Of a DNA stretch of 64,000 nucleotides, positions 20,386 to 32,101 are shown piece by piece. Location of the stretch: positions 448,001-512,000 of the forward strand of contig OY969801.1 in NCBI GenBank assembly GCA_963703225.1, read 5' to 3'. Numbering within the stretch: position 1 is the first letter of the stretch; every line of letters starts with the position of its first letter. Source of the stretch: Candidatus Eiseniibacteriota bacterium. GTDB taxonomy: Bacteria > Eisenbacteria > RBG-16-71-46 > SZUA-252. The notes under the pieces are model-generated. The model searched no databases. It worked only from the letters and a program-made list of their open reading frames with translations, and was not told the origin of the DNA. Position numbers and translations under genes: made by a program.

Positions 20386-21691
20386 GGTCCTCGATCCCGC
20401 GCGCGGGATCGACCGGGCGCAGGATCTCTGGATCGACCAAGGGAAGATCGCGGGTTGGGGCGAGGACGCGCCCGCCGCGCTGCGGTCCCGGCCCGACGTC
20501 GAGGTGATCGACGTGCGCGGGGCGATCGTTTGCTCCTGGCCTGGTGGATATCCACGTCCACCTGCGGGAGCCGGGGCAGGAAGAGAAGGAGACGATCGAG
20601 ACCGGCACGCTGGCCGCGGTGCGCGGAGGGTTTACCACCGTCGCCTGCATGCCGAACACCGATCCGCCGCTGGACGAGCGGCCGAGGATCGAGTTCGTGC
20701 TCCGTCGCGCGGAGGAAGCCGGGCGCGCGCGAGTCCTGCCGATCGCGGCGGTCACGCGCGGGCAGCTGGGGGAACAGCTCACTGAGATCGAGGACCTGGT
20801 CGCGGCGGGCGCCGTCGCGATCTCCGACGACGGGAAGCCGGTGCGAAACGCCGAAATCATGCGCCGCGCGCTCGAGCTGACCCGGGATTTGGGCGTCCCC
20901 GTGATCCAGCACGCGGAGGATCCCGACCTGAAAGGGATCGGCGTCATGCACGAGGGCTGGGTGTCCACCCGGATCGGCCTCAAGGGGATTCCGGACGTCG
21001 CCGAGTCGGCGATGGTCGCGCGGGACGCGCTCCTCGCGGAGCTGACCCGCGGCCGGGTGCACGTCGCGCACGTGAGCGCCGCCCGGTCGGTCGAGATCAT
21101 TCGCAAGGCGAAGGCGCGTGGGATCCGGATGACCGCGGAGACCGCTCCCCACTACCTGGTCCTCACCGACGAAGCCGTCGCGAACTACAACCCAAACGCC
21201 AAGATGAATCCGCCGCTGCGGTCCTCGCGCGACCGGGACGCGCTGATCGAGGGCGTCGTCGACGGGACCATCGATTGCCTGGCCACGGATCACGCGCCGC
21301 ACACCGAGATCGAGAAGGACAACGACTTCGATTCCGCCCCATTTGGGATCGTCGGTCTCGAGACCGCGTTGGGAATCTACCTGAGCGCGCTGGTCGACCC
21401 CGGGCACCTCTCCATCCCCGAGCTGATCTCGCGGATGACGGTCAAGCCCTACGAGGTGCTCGGCCGCCGAGGAGGGACCCTCGCGCCAGGCTCGGACGCC
21501 GACGTCACGGTATTCGACCCATCGGGGCGGTGGACCGTCCGCGCCGCGGAGTTCGCGTCGAAGGGGCGGAATACGCCCTTCGAGGGCTGGGAGCTACCCG
21601 GGCGCGTCCTCCTGACGATCGTGGGTGGGCGCGTCGTCCATCGAGCCGGGGTTGCGGAGGTGACCGCTCGATAGCGAACCTCCGTCGCGCG

Positions 21692-21700
21692 TGCTACGAT
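21692..21700 (+). promoter_or_regulatory. Candidate internal extended -10 element
   Basis: TG-C-TACGAT in the pyrC-TPR gap, 9 nt before ATG 21710, with no SD. Confidence 0.45.
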
Positions 21701-21709
21701 GAAGTGCTC

Positions 21710-23330
21710 ATGCGATCGTTCCTCGTGGGGCCCTCCGGCCCCCGAATCTTCGGACTCGTCCTACTCGTCGCCTCCGCTGGATGCGCCTACTACAACACGT
21801 TCTACCTCGCCAAGAAATACTACCGGGAGGGGACCAAAGCCCAGGAGCACAGCCTCCTCGACACCCCGTCGCCGGACGCGGCCACCAAGTACGACCTGGT
21901 CATCCGTCAGTGCAGCAAGGTGCTGACCGATTATTCCAAGAGCAAGTACGTCGATGACGCGAACTACCTGATGGGCGCGGCCATGTACGGCAAGGGTGAC
22001 TACGACAACGCGATCGGGCGATTCGCCGACTTCCAGACAAGATTCCCCAAGAGCCCGTTCGTCGCGGATGCCCGGTTCATGGAGGGCCTAGCCCACTACC
22101 GCAAGAAGGAATATGAAACCGCCGACTCGATCATCCACGACGTCGAAGTGCGGTTTCCAAAATTTCCGAGACGCTGGGAGCTTCACTACTACGCCGGCCA
22201 GACCCAAAACCAGCTCAAGCGCTACGACCAGGCCGCGGCATCCTATGGGCGCGCGCTCGGCGTGGCCAAGACGCGCCACGAGCGCTCGGACGCGCTTCGT
22301 CGGATCGGCGACACCTACCTGCTCGCGGAGCGGCCGGATACCGCCGCGGTGGCCTACACGCAGTGTCTGAAGGTGGAGGATCGCGGGAAACAGAGGCTCG
22401 ACGTCGCCCTCTCTCGCGCCGAAGCGCTCCGCCAGACGCACCGGTATCAGGAGGCCATGGACTTCCTCCAGGACTGGAAAATTTACGCCACCGCGGAAAA
22501 TCGGGAAGGAGAGCTTGGCCTTCGACTCTATGAGTGCATGGCTCTCGCGGGGAGAATCCCCGAGGCCATCGCGGGGTATCGCGGCTTGGTCGAGAAATTC
22601 CCCCGGACCAACGTCGCCTATGAGGCCCAATTCCGCATCGGCTACCTGTACGAGGCGGAACTTCAAGATCTGGACGCCGCCGGCCGGGAGTACGACAAGC
22701 TGAAGAACCAGCCCCAGTCCCAATTTTCAGACCTCGCGGGACGCCGCGCGCAGAGCCTGGCCACGCTCCGGCACTACCGGGCCACGATGGCGTCCGATAC
22801 GACGCAGGCGCGAGCGGGGGCGGCCTTCCTGCTCGCGGAGCTCTACTACTTTCAGCTCGAGAAACCGGAGTCGGCGCTGATCGAGTACCGCCGGGTCGAA
22901 ACGGAATTCCCAAAGAGCGTCTATGCCGCCAAGTCGACCTACGCCCGTCTCTGGATCGCCGCGCACGATCGAAATGACACGCTGGGAGCGATGGCGCTCA
23001 CCGACACCATGGTGGAGCGGTACCGCGGGACCCGCTATGCGGAGTCAGCCCTCTACCTCTGGAAGCGCTGGAGCGGGCGGACCGACGAGCGGACCGCGCT
23101 CCTCGATTCGCTGGTCGCGAACCCCGACACGAGCCGGGCAAGCTCGCTGGAGCCCGAAGCGGCCGTCCCCGTCGCTCTGCCCGCGGACACCACCACCGCC
23201 GAAATGCGGCGGGGTTACGTCATGTCGTACCAGGACAGCGTCCGGGCCGACTCCATTCGAAAGGCCATCATGGAGATCCGCAAGGAGAGGAATGAAGCAG
23301 CACGAAGGAAAGGTGCCGCCGACGGAATGA
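21710..23330 (+). CDS. TPR-repeat lipoprotein (BamD/CpoB-like)
   Basis: Lipobox VASAG-C followed by AYYNTFY; repeated TPR motifs (SKYVDDA, FPKSPFVADA, FPRTNVAYEAQF). Reads through into pyrK as given; deleting one A near 23291 gives ...RKERMKQHEGKVPPTE-stop at 23330. Confidence 0.8.
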
Positions 23331-24133
23331 ATCTCGTGACCTGCTCCGTCTTCGCGAATCGCGAGGTCTCGCCGGGGAACCACCTCATCACCCTGCGGGT
23401 CCCCCGCGGTTTCGGCACGCCTCAGCCGGGGCAGTTTGTCCATCTCCGCGTGGGAGACGAGGGCGAGCCGTTCTTGCGCCGCCCCTACAGCCTGGAGGGG
23501 TTCTTCGATCAACGCGGCGTCCGCGCGGTCCGGATCTATTTTTCGGTCGTGGGCCGAGGCTCGAGGGTCCTCGCGTCCCATGCCGCCGGCACGGAGCTCG
23601 ACTTGATCGGACCTGTCGGCGTCGGCTTCTCGCCGCGGCCGCGCCGCACGCCGATCCTGGTCGCCGGCGGACGCGGGGTGGCGCCGCTCCTCTTCCTGAG
23701 CCGGCGTCTGCGCCAACGGAAACGCCCGTTCGTCTTTCTCTTCGGCGCGCGCTCGCGCTCCGAGCTTTACGGTCATCGCGAAATCCGCGGGGGCCGGCTT
23801 CACCTGGCGACAGACGATGGCTCGGTCGGCTATCGGGGGAGCGTGCTCGACCTCCTCGATCGAGAGTGGAGCGAAGGGGGTCATTCGCCGCTCAGCGGGG
23901 AGATCTTCACGTGCGGTCCGCACGGGCTCCTCCACGGAATCTCCGATTTCGCGCGCGTGCGGGGGATCCGATGCGAGGCCTCGCTCGAGGGGCCGATGGC
24001 CTGCGCGGTCGGTGCGTGCCGAGGGTGCCCCGTCCCGCTCCTGCCCGGCGCCGATTCGGGCCGTTACCCCGCGATGTGCGTCGAGGGTCCGGTCATGGAT
24101 GCCACACAGGTCGATTGGGAGCGGCTGCCGTGA
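23327..24133 (+). CDS. pyrK: Dihydroorotate dehydrogenase electron transfer subunit
   Basis: PGQFVHL, LRRPYS, VAGGRGVAP, TDDGS, CGP and the 2Fe-2S motif MACAVGACRGC...CVEGPV. Confidence 0.92.
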   Translation: MNLVTCSVFANREVSPGNHLITLRVPRGFGTPQPGQFVHLRVGDEGEPFLRRPYSLEGFFDQRGVRAVRIYFSVVGRGSRVLASHAAGTELDLIGPVGVGFSPRPRRTPILVAGGRGVAPLLFLSRRLRQRKRPFVFLFGARSRSELYGHREIRGGRLHLATDDGSVGYRGSVLDLLDREWSEGGHSPLSGEIFTCGPHGLLHGISDFARVRGIRCEASLEGPMACAVGACRGCPVPLLPGADSGRYPAMCVEGPVMDATQVDWERLP

Positions 24134-25113
24134 AGGCTCGCCTCGGAGTCCAGATCGGGACGCTCAAGCTCCGGAATCCGGTTCTCGTGGCGTCGGGGAT
24201 CATCGGCTACGGCCGCGAGTACGAGCGGCTCGTCGCGCTCGACAAGATCGGAGGCATCGTCACCAAGACGGTGACCCTCCGCGCCCGCGCCGGGAACCCG
24301 CCGCCCCGCGTCTACGAGACTGCATCGGGAATGCTCAACTCGATCGGGATTGAGAACCCGGGCCTCTCGGGCTTCCTCGAGACCAAGGTGCCGATCCTTC
24401 GCGAGCTCAAGTGCGCGGTTGTCGTCTCGGTCGAGGGCGAAGACGTGGATGAGTTCTGCCAGCTCGTTCGGGGCGTCGACGGAAGCGGCGCGGCCCACGC
24501 GATCGAGGTCAATATCTCCTGCCCCAACGTGGGGCCCCATGGTCTCCGCTACTCGACGGACGCGGGCATGGCCCGCGAAGTGATGAGCGCCATCCGGCCG
24601 CTGACGCGCCTCCCCCTGATCGCCAAGCTGACGCCGAACGTGACCCGCATCGCCGAAATCGCGGAGGCTTGCGAGGAATGCGGCGCCGACGCGATCTCCC
24701 TTGTGAACACGTTCATCGGCATGGCGGTCGACGCGCGGACGCGGAAGCCGATTCTGGGAACGGTCATGGGCGGGCTCTCCGGGCCCGCGATCAAGCCGCT
24801 CGCTCTCGCGAAAACATGGGAGGTGGTGCAGGCGGTCGACATCCCGGTCGTGGGAATGGGCGGCATTAGCCGCCCGTCGGACGCGGTCGAGTTCCTGCTC
24901 CTCGGCGCCACCGCCATACAGGTGGGAACGGCTCTCTTCGCCGACCCCGGCCTGGCCGAGGCGTGCGTCGAGGAGATCGGCGCCGCCGTCGGTCGGACGC
25001 CGGGAGCCTCCTCCATCGACGATCTAATCGGGTCCCTGGAAGTTCCGGAAGGGCGCGGCGTCGTCCGCGCCGGCCGCGGCGTGCGGAGCACGAAAGGAGG
25101 CCGAGCCTCATGA
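24130..25113 (+). CDS. pyrD: Dihydroorotate dehydrogenase family 1B catalytic subunit
   Basis: GMLNSIGIENPG, EVNISCPN, KLTPNVT, GGLSGPAIKP. GTGA overlap with pyrK. Confidence 0.95.
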   Translation: MKARLGVQIGTLKLRNPVLVASGIIGYGREYERLVALDKIGGIVTKTVTLRARAGNPPPRVYETASGMLNSIGIENPGLSGFLETKVPILRELKCAVVVSVEGEDVDEFCQLVRGVDGSGAAHAIEVNISCPNVGPHGLRYSTDAGMAREVMSAIRPLTRLPLIAKLTPNVTRIAEIAEACEECGADAISLVNTFIGMAVDARTRKPILGTVMGGLSGPAIKPLALAKTWEVVQAVDIPVVGMGGISRPSDAVEFLLLGATAIQVGTALFADPGLAEACVEEIGAAVGRTPGASSIDDLIGSLEVPEGRGVVRAGRGVRSTKGGRAS

Positions 25114-25871
25114 TGTCCCCCGTCACCGATCCAAGAGAAGGAGTGCGGGTCCGCGAACGGCTGATCGTGGCGCTCGACGTGCCCGATCTCAAGACGGCGC
25201 TGGATCACATCGATCGGCTCGGCGAGTCAGTCCTGTGGTACAAGATCGGGTTGGAGCTGTTCACGGCCGCGGGCCGCGATGCGGTCGCGACGCTGGCCAA
25301 GCGCGGGAAGCGGATCTTTCTGGATCTCAAGCTCCATGACATCCCGGCAACGGTGGAGCGCGCGATTCGAGCGCTGGACGGGCTGCCGGTTTCACTCCTC
25401 ACGATCCACGCCTCGGGAGGGCCCGAGATGCTTTCCGCGGCTGCCCAGGCGGCGCGCTCCCTCGCGAGCCCTCCGCGGCTGCTGGGTGTCACCATGCTGA
25501 CGAGCCTCGACGGGACGGAAATCCCGTCGCTTTGGAATCCCAAGACCGGCCTGGAGGAAAAGGTCTTGGAGCTGGCGCAGCTCTGCGAACGCTCCGGAAT
25601 CGATGGGGTGGTCGCATCGCCGCGCGAGCTTCAGGCGCTGCGCCGTCGGCACTCGGCGCCCTTTTTGATCGTCACCCCGGGTGTGCGCGGGCCCGCCGAC
25701 GCGGCGCACGATCAGAAGCGCACGCTCTCGCTCCCGGAAGCCTTCGCGCGCGGGGCCGACTTCGTCGTCGTGGGCCGCCCGATCCTATCGGCGGCCGATC
25801 CCAAGGCGGTGCTCGCCTCGTACGAGGCCGCCCTGAACCAGCCGCTCTCCACCGAAAGGAACGATCGATGA
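25110..25871 (+). CDS. pyrF: Orotidine-5'-phosphate decarboxylase
   Basis: LIVALD, FLDLKLHDIPATV, VTMLTS, VTPGVR, DQKR, VVGRPI. Confidence 0.96.
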   Translation: MMSPVTDPREGVRVRERLIVALDVPDLKTALDHIDRLGESVLWYKIGLELFTAAGRDAVATLAKRGKRIFLDLKLHDIPATVERAIRALDGLPVSLLTIHASGGPEMLSAAAQAARSLASPPRLLGVTMLTSLDGTEIPSLWNPKTGLEEKVLELAQLCERSGIDGVVASPRELQALRRRHSAPFLIVTPGVRGPADAAHDQKRTLSLPEAFARGADFVVVGRPILSAADPKAVLASYEAALNQPLSTERNDR

Positions 25872-26818
25872 AGGTCTTGGTGACCGGGATCACCGGTTTC
25901 GCCGGCAGCCACCTGGTCGACTACCTCCTGACGCTTCCGGGTGTCGAGGTGATGGGCATCCTGCGCTGGAGGAGCCGGACCGAGAACATCGAGCACTTTC
26001 GCGACCGAGTCCGCCTCGTCGAATGCGACCTCCGCGACTCCTCGTCCGTGCGCGACGTGATGGAGCAGCTGAGGCCGGAGCGGATCTTCCATCTCGCGGC
26101 CCAGAGCTTCGTGCCCACCTCCTGGACGGCCCCGACCGAGTCGCTCGTCACCAACGTCATCGGGCAGCTCAACATCTTCGAGGCGGTGAAGAAGCTTCAC
26201 ATCATGCCGCGCATCCAGCTCGCGTGCTCCAGCGAGCAGTACGGCATGGTCTTCGAGTCCGAGCTGCCGATCCGCGAGACGAACCCGATGCGTCCGCTCT
26301 CGCCGTACGCGGTGAGCAAGGTGGGGCAGGACATGCTCGGCTATCAGTACTGGATGAGCTACAAGATTCCGATCGTCCGCACGCGCGGCTTCAACCACGA
26401 AGGCCCGCGCCGCGGACCGGTGTTCGTCTGCTCCGACTTCGCCAAGCAGATCGCGGACATCGAGAGAGGGACGAAGCCGCCGGTGATCCGGGTCGGGAAC
26501 CTGGACGCACGACGCGATTTCAGCGACGTGCGGGACGTGGTGCGCGCCTACTGGCTTTCGCTGGAGAAGGGCGAGCCGGGCGAGGTCTACAACATCTGCT
26601 CCGGGAAGGACTGGACCATCCGCAAGATGCTCGACATGCTCCTCAGCATGACGAAGGTGAAGGTCAAGATCGAGCAGGACGAGGCGCGCATGCGGCCGAG
26701 CGACGTGCCGGTCCTCCTGGGCGACGCGTCCAAGTTCAAGAAGGCCACCGGCTGGGAGCCGACGATCCCCTTCGAGCAGACGCTCCGCGACTTGCTCGAC
26801 TACTGGCGGGCGCGGTAA
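25868..26818 (+). CDS. gmd: GDP-mannose 4,6-dehydratase-family SDR
   Basis: VTGITGFAGSHL, HLAAQSFV, PLSPYAVSK, FNHEGPRRG, GNLDARRDF. ATGA overlap with pyrF. Confidence 0.8.
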   Translation: MKVLVTGITGFAGSHLVDYLLTLPGVEVMGILRWRSRTENIEHFRDRVRLVECDLRDSSSVRDVMEQLRPERIFHLAAQSFVPTSWTAPTESLVTNVIGQLNIFEAVKKLHIMPRIQLACSSEQYGMVFESELPIRETNPMRPLSPYAVSKVGQDMLGYQYWMSYKIPIVRTRGFNHEGPRRGPVFVCSDFAKQIADIERGTKPPVIRVGNLDARRDFSDVRDVVRAYWLSLEKGEPGEVYNICSGKDWTIRKMLDMLLSMTKVKVKIEQDEARMRPSDVPVLLGDASKFKKATGWEPTIPFEQTLRDLLDYWRAR

Positions 26819-26821
26819 GCG

Positions 26822-27797
26822 TTGCGGATTCTCGTCACGGGCGTCGCCGGCTTTGTGGGACGGCATTTGCTCGGCCATCTCGTCGCCACGGGTGGCTGGG
26901 AGATCTACGGTGCGGACCATGCCCCTCTCGACCGGATCCCGGAGCCCGAGCTGCTCCGACGCGGGCTCGCCGAGTACCGTCCGCTCGACATCGTCGATTT
27001 CGCCGCGGTGATGGCGTGGGTACGAGAGGAGAAGCCGGAGGCGATGGTCCACCTCGCGGCGCAGGCATCCGGCGCCGTGTCGCTTCAGGATCCCGCCGCG
27101 ACCTACCGGGTGAACGCGCTCGGCGCGCTCAATCTCCTGGAAGCGGCTCGCACGGCGTGCCCGAGCGCGGTGGTGCTCATCGTGGGTTCCGCGGACATCT
27201 ATGGTTCGGGCCCCCCGGGCGAGCGAATCCGGGAGGACTCTCCGATCCGCCCTCGGAATCCGTACGCGGTGAGCAAGGCGGCACAGGACTCCCTCGCCGA
27301 GGTCTACGCCGCGACCTACGGCCTTCGGATCGTCCGCACGCGGACGTTCACCCACACGGGGCCGGGGCAGCGCCCCCAGTTCGCCCTCGCCGGATTTGCC
27401 GACCAGCTCGCGCGAATCGATGCGGGGCTCGGCGCCTCCCGAGATCCGGGTGGGGAACCTCGATACCGTCCGGGAGTATGGCGACGTCCGGGACGTGGTT
27501 CGGGCGTACCGTCTGCTGCTGGAACGGGGCGGAGCGGGAGAGGCCTATAATGTCGGCACGGGTCGGGGCCACGTGCTTCGAGCGCTTCTCGACAGACTGC
27601 TCGCGATCTCGGGGGTGCGCGCCAGCGTGGTGACCGATCCGGCCCGCGTGCGGGCGCGGGACGTGGACCACCTCGTCGGCGACCCGGCGAAGCTGGAAGC
27701 CCAGACAGGGTGGACGCCCGCCTACACGCCGGAGCAGACGCTTGCCGATCTATACCGCGACGCCCGCGACCGCGTGCGGCGCGAGACCGGGCGCTAG
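26822..27797 (+). CDS. Gmd/Rmd-like SDR, possibly GDP-4-keto-6-deoxy-D-mannose reductase (+1 frameshift near 27431)
   Basis: TGVAGFVGRHL, HLAAQAS, GSADIYG, NPYAVSK, HTGPGQ. After the shift, EIRVGNLDTVREYGDVRDVVRAY. Confidence 0.75.
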
Positions 27798-27806
27798 GGG
27801 GATATC

Positions 27807-29112
27807 GTGCGGATCGCGGTCGTGGGAACCGGCTACGTGGGCCTGGTCACCGGCGCAGGCTTCGCGGATTTCGGGAACGAAGTGCTTTGCGTCGACGTCG
27901 ACCGCGCCAAGATCGAGACCCTGGGGCGCGGCGAGATTCCGTTCTACGAGCCCGGGCTAACCGACCTGGTCGCGCGCAACGTGCGGGAGCGGCGGCTGCG
28001 TTTTGGCCTCTCGCTGGAAGAGGCGACGCGCTGGGCCGAGGCGATCTTCATCTGCGTGGGGACACCCAACACCAAGAGCGGCCGAGCCGATCTCCGCTAC
28101 GTCTTGGGCGCCGCCAAGACGATCGCCACGTCGCTACCGAGCTACCGGCTGATCGTCCAGAAGAGCACGGTCCCGGTGGGAACGGCGGACCGCGTGCGCG
28201 AGATCATCCGCCGCCACGCGCGGCGGGCCGTCCGGTGGGACGTGGCCTCCAACCCCGAATTCCTGCGCGAGGGGACGGCCGTCGAGAACTTCATGCGGCC
28301 CGACCGCGTGATCATCGGGGCCGACTCGGTCCGGGCGCGCGACGTCCTGCGCGAGATCTACTCGCCGCTCTATCTGATCGAGACTCCGATGGTGGTGACC
28401 AGCGTCCGTTCGGCCGAGCTGATCAAGTACGCCGCGAACTGCGTTCCTCGCGACGAAGATCTCGTTCATCAACGAGATGGCGAACCTCGCGGAGGCGGTC
28501 GGCGCCGACGTGCACGACGTCGCGAAGGGGATCGGGCTCGATCGAAGGATCGGACCCAAGTTTCTCCACCCGGGGCCCGGGTTCGGCGGGTCCTGCCTCC
28601 CCAAGGACACGCGCGCGCTCCGCGATTTCGCGCGGCGCGCGGGCGTGGCGATGCGAATCACGACGGCGGCGATCGAGACCAACGACGCGCAGCGACGGAT
28701 CGCGATCCGGAAGGTGCTGGACGCGCTCCACGGCCGCGGCCCCCACACGGTCGGCCTGCTGGGCCTCTCCTACAAGCCCGACACCGACGACGTGCGCGAG
28801 GCGCCGTCGCTCGACATCATCCGCGCGCTCCTGCGCCGCGGCGTCCGGGTTCGGGTGTTCGATCCGGTCGTCCGCGAAGGAGCGCCCGGGGTGCCGCGAG
28901 GGGTGACGTTCGCCCAGAGCGCCTACGACGCGGCCAAGGGCGCGCACGCGCTGGTCGTGGTCACCGAGTGGAACGAGTTCCGGCGGCTCGACTTCGCCCG
29001 CGTGCGGCGGGTCATGAAGCGCCGGGCGGTCGTCGATTTGCGGAACGTCTACGAGCCGGCCCAGGTGCGCCGGCTGGGCTTTGAATACACCTGCGTGGGG
29101 AGACCGATATGA
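27807..29112 (+). CDS. ugd: UDP-glucose/GDP-mannose 6-dehydrogenase (+1 frameshift near 28440)
   Basis: GTGYVGL, KSTVPVGT, SNPEFLREG, then AELIKYAAN followed by AFLATKISFINE in the next frame, FGGSCLPKD, TEWNEF. Confidence 0.9.
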
Positions 29113-29571
29113 AACTGATTCACGGAGTCGTCGTCAAGCCGCTCAAGGTGATCGCCGACGAGCGCGGCTATCTCATGGAGATGATGCGCTGCGACGATCC
29201 CTTCTTTCAGAAGTTCGGCCAGACCTACGTGTCGGTCGCCTATCCGGGCGTCGTGAAGGGCTGGCACTACCACAAGCTTCAGACCGATCACTTCGTCATC
29301 GTGAAGGGGATGATGAAGGTGGTGCTCTACGACGGCCGCGACGACTCGCCGACCAAGGGCGAGATGAACGAGTTCTTCCTGGGCGAGCGAAATCCCACGC
29401 TGGTCACGATCCCGCCCGGGCGTCTGGCACGGCATGAAGGGAATCGGCACCGAGCCGGCGATGCTCGTGAACACCCCGACCGAGCCCTACAACTACGAGA
29501 AGCCGGACGAGTACCGGGCCGACCCGCACCAGAACGACATCCCCTACGACTGGACCCGCAAGGATGGCTAA
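29109..29571 (+). CDS. rmlC: dTDP-4-dehydrorhamnose 3,5-epimerase family cupin (+1 frameshift near 29420)
   Basis: DERGYLME, GVVKGWHYH. Deleting one G restores IPPGVWHGMKG; ends DWTRKDG-TAA. Confidence 0.75.
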
Positions 29572-30599
29572 GGGAATCGACCTCTCCCGCGCGCGGGTCC
29601 TGGTCACGGGCGGCGCGGGCTTCATCGGCTCCAACTTCGTCCAGCACTTGCTCGGCCGCGCATCCCGGCGAGCAGCGTCACGGTCCTCGACAAGCTGACC
29701 TACGCCGGCAACCTCGCGAACCTCGACTCCGTGAAGGACGACCCCGGCTACCGGTTCCTCCACGGCGACATCTGCGACCCCGCCGCGGTGGCCGAGGCGA
29801 TGGCCGGCTGCGACGTGGTGCTCAACTTCGCGGCCGAGACCCACGTCGACCGCTCGATCGACAGCGCGAAGGACTTCGTGCTGACCGACACCTTCGGCGT
29901 CTGGGTGCTGCTCGAGGAGGCGCGCCGGTCCAAGGTGCTCCGCTTCCTCCAGATCTCGACCGACGAGGTCTACGGCGAGATTCTCGACCGGCGCGGCCAA
30001 CGAGGAGGCGCCGCTTCTCGCCGCGAAATCCGTACGCGGCGTCCAAGATCGGCGGCGATCGGCTCGCCTACTCCTACTACGCCACCCACGGCCTGCCGAC
30101 CGTGGTCACGCGCTGCAGCAACAACTACGGGCCCTACCAGTATCCCGAGAAGCTGATCCCGCTCTTCGTGACGAACGCGCTCGAGGACAAGCCGCTGCCC
30201 GTCTACGGGAACGGCCGAAACACGCGGGACTGGATCCACGTCGAGGACCACTGCCGCGCGCTCGTCTCGATCTTGGAGGCGCCCGACGTCGAAGGGCAGA
30301 CCTTCAACATCGCGGGCGGAAACGAGCGGTCGGTGCTCGACATCACCGATCTCATCTTGGAGCGGCTCAAGAAGCCCAAGAACCTCGTCGCCAACGTCAC
30401 CGACCGTCCCGGACACGACCGCCGATACGCCATCGACGCCTCCAAGCTCGAGCGAATGACCGGCTTTCGTCCCACGGTGGACTTCCGCCGAGGGATCGCC
30501 GAGACGATCGACTGGTATGTCTCCCACCGACCGTGGTGGGAAGCGATCCGCTCCGGCGAATTCCGACACTACTACGAGCGGATGTACGGGGCCCGCTAG
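29564..30599 (+). CDS. rmlB: dTDP-glucose 4,6-dehydratase (four +1 frameshifts)
   Basis: VLVTGGAGFIGSNF, DKLTYAGN, FAAETHVDRSI, STDEVYG, SNNYGPYQYPEKLIP, DRPGHDRRYA distributed over three frames. Shifts near 29655, 29670, 29989 and 30016. Confidence 0.9.
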
Positions 30600-30616
30600 G
30601 CCCTCGGTTCCTCCCC

Positions 30617-32101
30617 GTGCGCCGGCTCGTTCGATCGACCGCGATCCTCGGCCTGGGATCGGCGGCGACGATCGTCGCCGCGATCCTCCGCGCGAAGATT
30701 CTCGCCGCGTGGCTCGGCCCCGAGGGGACCGGTGTCCTCGCCCAGCTCGCCAGCCTGAGCGCGGTCCTCGTGCCGCTCGCGACGCTCGGGGCGGGAAACG
30801 GCGTGGTGACCCTGATCGCGGAGGCGCGCGGCCGCGGGGACACGGCCCGGGTGCGCCGCGTTACCCGCACCGCCACGACGCTGGCTTGGAGCGTTGGCCT
30901 CGGTCTCGCGGTCCTCGTGGCGGTTCTCTCCCCTTGGATCGCGCGCGGGATCTACCGCGATTCCGGCTTCTTCTGGGCCATTCTCTTCGGGGCCGCGGCG
31001 ATTCCGCTCTCCGCGGTGGCGTCGCTTCGAATCACGATGCTCCAAGGGCACGGCGCCGTGAGGGCGATGGCGACCCTGAACGCCGTCATCGCCGCCGTCG
31101 GGATCGCGACGATCATCCCGATGGCGAAGTTCTTCGGCGTGAGGGGCGCGGTCGCGCAGCTGGTGATCGTCGCCGCGACCTATGCGTGGCTGAGCGGGCG
31201 CTTTCTCAAGCCGCTCACGCCGCCACGCCCGCCGGAGGCGCCGCCCGCCGAGCCGCGCGTCGACCGCTCCCTGCTCCGCCCCATCGCGCGTTTTGGTGGG
31301 AGCGCGCTCCTGGTCGGGCTTTCCTCGACCCTGACGCTCCTAATTCTTCGAAGCATGCTGGTGGGGAAGCTGGGCCTTTCTCAGAACGGGATCTACCAGG
31401 TTTGCATCGGCGTCTCCGGCCTCACGATGCCGTTGATCCTGAACTCGATCACGGCCACCGTCTGGCCCGAGATCGCGGCCAAGCCCAAGGATGCGGACGC
31501 CGTCGGTCCCATGACGGGAGCGATCCGCCTCGCGTTTCTCCTCGTGACGGGCGTCTCCGCGACTCTCCTCGTGGGCGCTCCGATCTGGGTCCCGTTCTTC
31601 TATTCGGCGAGGTTTCTCCCCGCGCTCGACCTGCTCCCCTTCCAGTTTCTGGGCGACTACCTGCGGGCGGCGGCTTGGATGTTTGGAATCTGGCTCGTGC
31701 CTCGCGAGCGGCTTCGCCCTTGGGTGCTCTTCGATATCGTTTACGGGGTGGTGCTCCTCGCCGTCTTCATGCTGCTCGTCGACCGGATCGGGATCCGAAG
31801 CGTGGTCTACGCCTATGTCGCGGCGCATTTGAGCCACGCGGTGCTCCACTACGCGCTGGCCCGACGGGCGCTGGGGTTTCGCCTCGGGAAGGAGAACGCC
31901 CTCCTGCTCGGGGCTTCGTTCGCGCTCCTGGCCGGCCTCGCGCTCTTCCGCCCCAAAGATTTGATGGGAGTGGCCATCGGCGCCGCGGCCGCCATCGCGT
32001 GGGCCGTTTTGGTGGTCAAGCCGCGCGAATGGATCGCGCTGCGGGACATGGTATTTCGGTTCCTGGGCCGGGGGCGGTCCGGCGGCGCGCCGCAAGGATG
32101 A
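30617..32101 (+). CDS. Wzx-type oligosaccharide flippase
   Basis: Many TM helices, RAKILAAWLGPEGTG, FYSARF. GTG 30617 avoids a long overlap with rmlB. Confidence 0.8.
   Translation: MRRLVRSTAILGLGSAATIVAAILRAKILAAWLGPEGTGVLAQLASLSAVLVPLATLGAGNGVVTLIAEARGRGDTARVRRVTRTATTLAWSVGLGLAVLVAVLSPWIARGIYRDSGFFWAILFGAAAIPLSAVASLRITMLQGHGAVRAMATLNAVIAAVGIATIIPMAKFFGVRGAVAQLVIVAATYAWLSGRFLKPLTPPRPPEAPPAEPRVDRSLLRPIARFGGSALLVGLSSTLTLLILRSMLVGKLGLSQNGIYQVCIGVSGLTMPLILNSITATVWPEIAAKPKDADAVGPMTGAIRLAFLLVTGVSATLLVGAPIWVPFFYSARFLPALDLLPFQFLGDYLRAAAWMFGIWLVPRERLRPWVLFDIVYGVVLLAVFMLLVDRIGIRSVVYAYVAAHLSHAVLHYALARRALGFRLGKENALLLGASFALLAGLALFRPKDLMGVAIGAAAAIAWAVLVVKPREWIALRDMVFRFLGRGRSGGAPQG

Noticed and set aside
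21275..24133. Apparent 952-aa TPR-lipoprotein-PyrK fusion
   Set aside because: An exported lipoprotein fused to a cytoplasmic FAD/2Fe-2S subunit is topologically implausible. Deleting one A near 23291 gives a clean stop overlapping the pyrK ATG (ATGA), matching the window's other +1 errors.
29109..30599. Apparent RmlC-RmlB fusion of 496 aa
   Set aside because: The middle of the ORF is out-of-frame sequence. Separate rmlC (stop 29571) and rmlB (ATG 29564) are recovered after correcting insertions.
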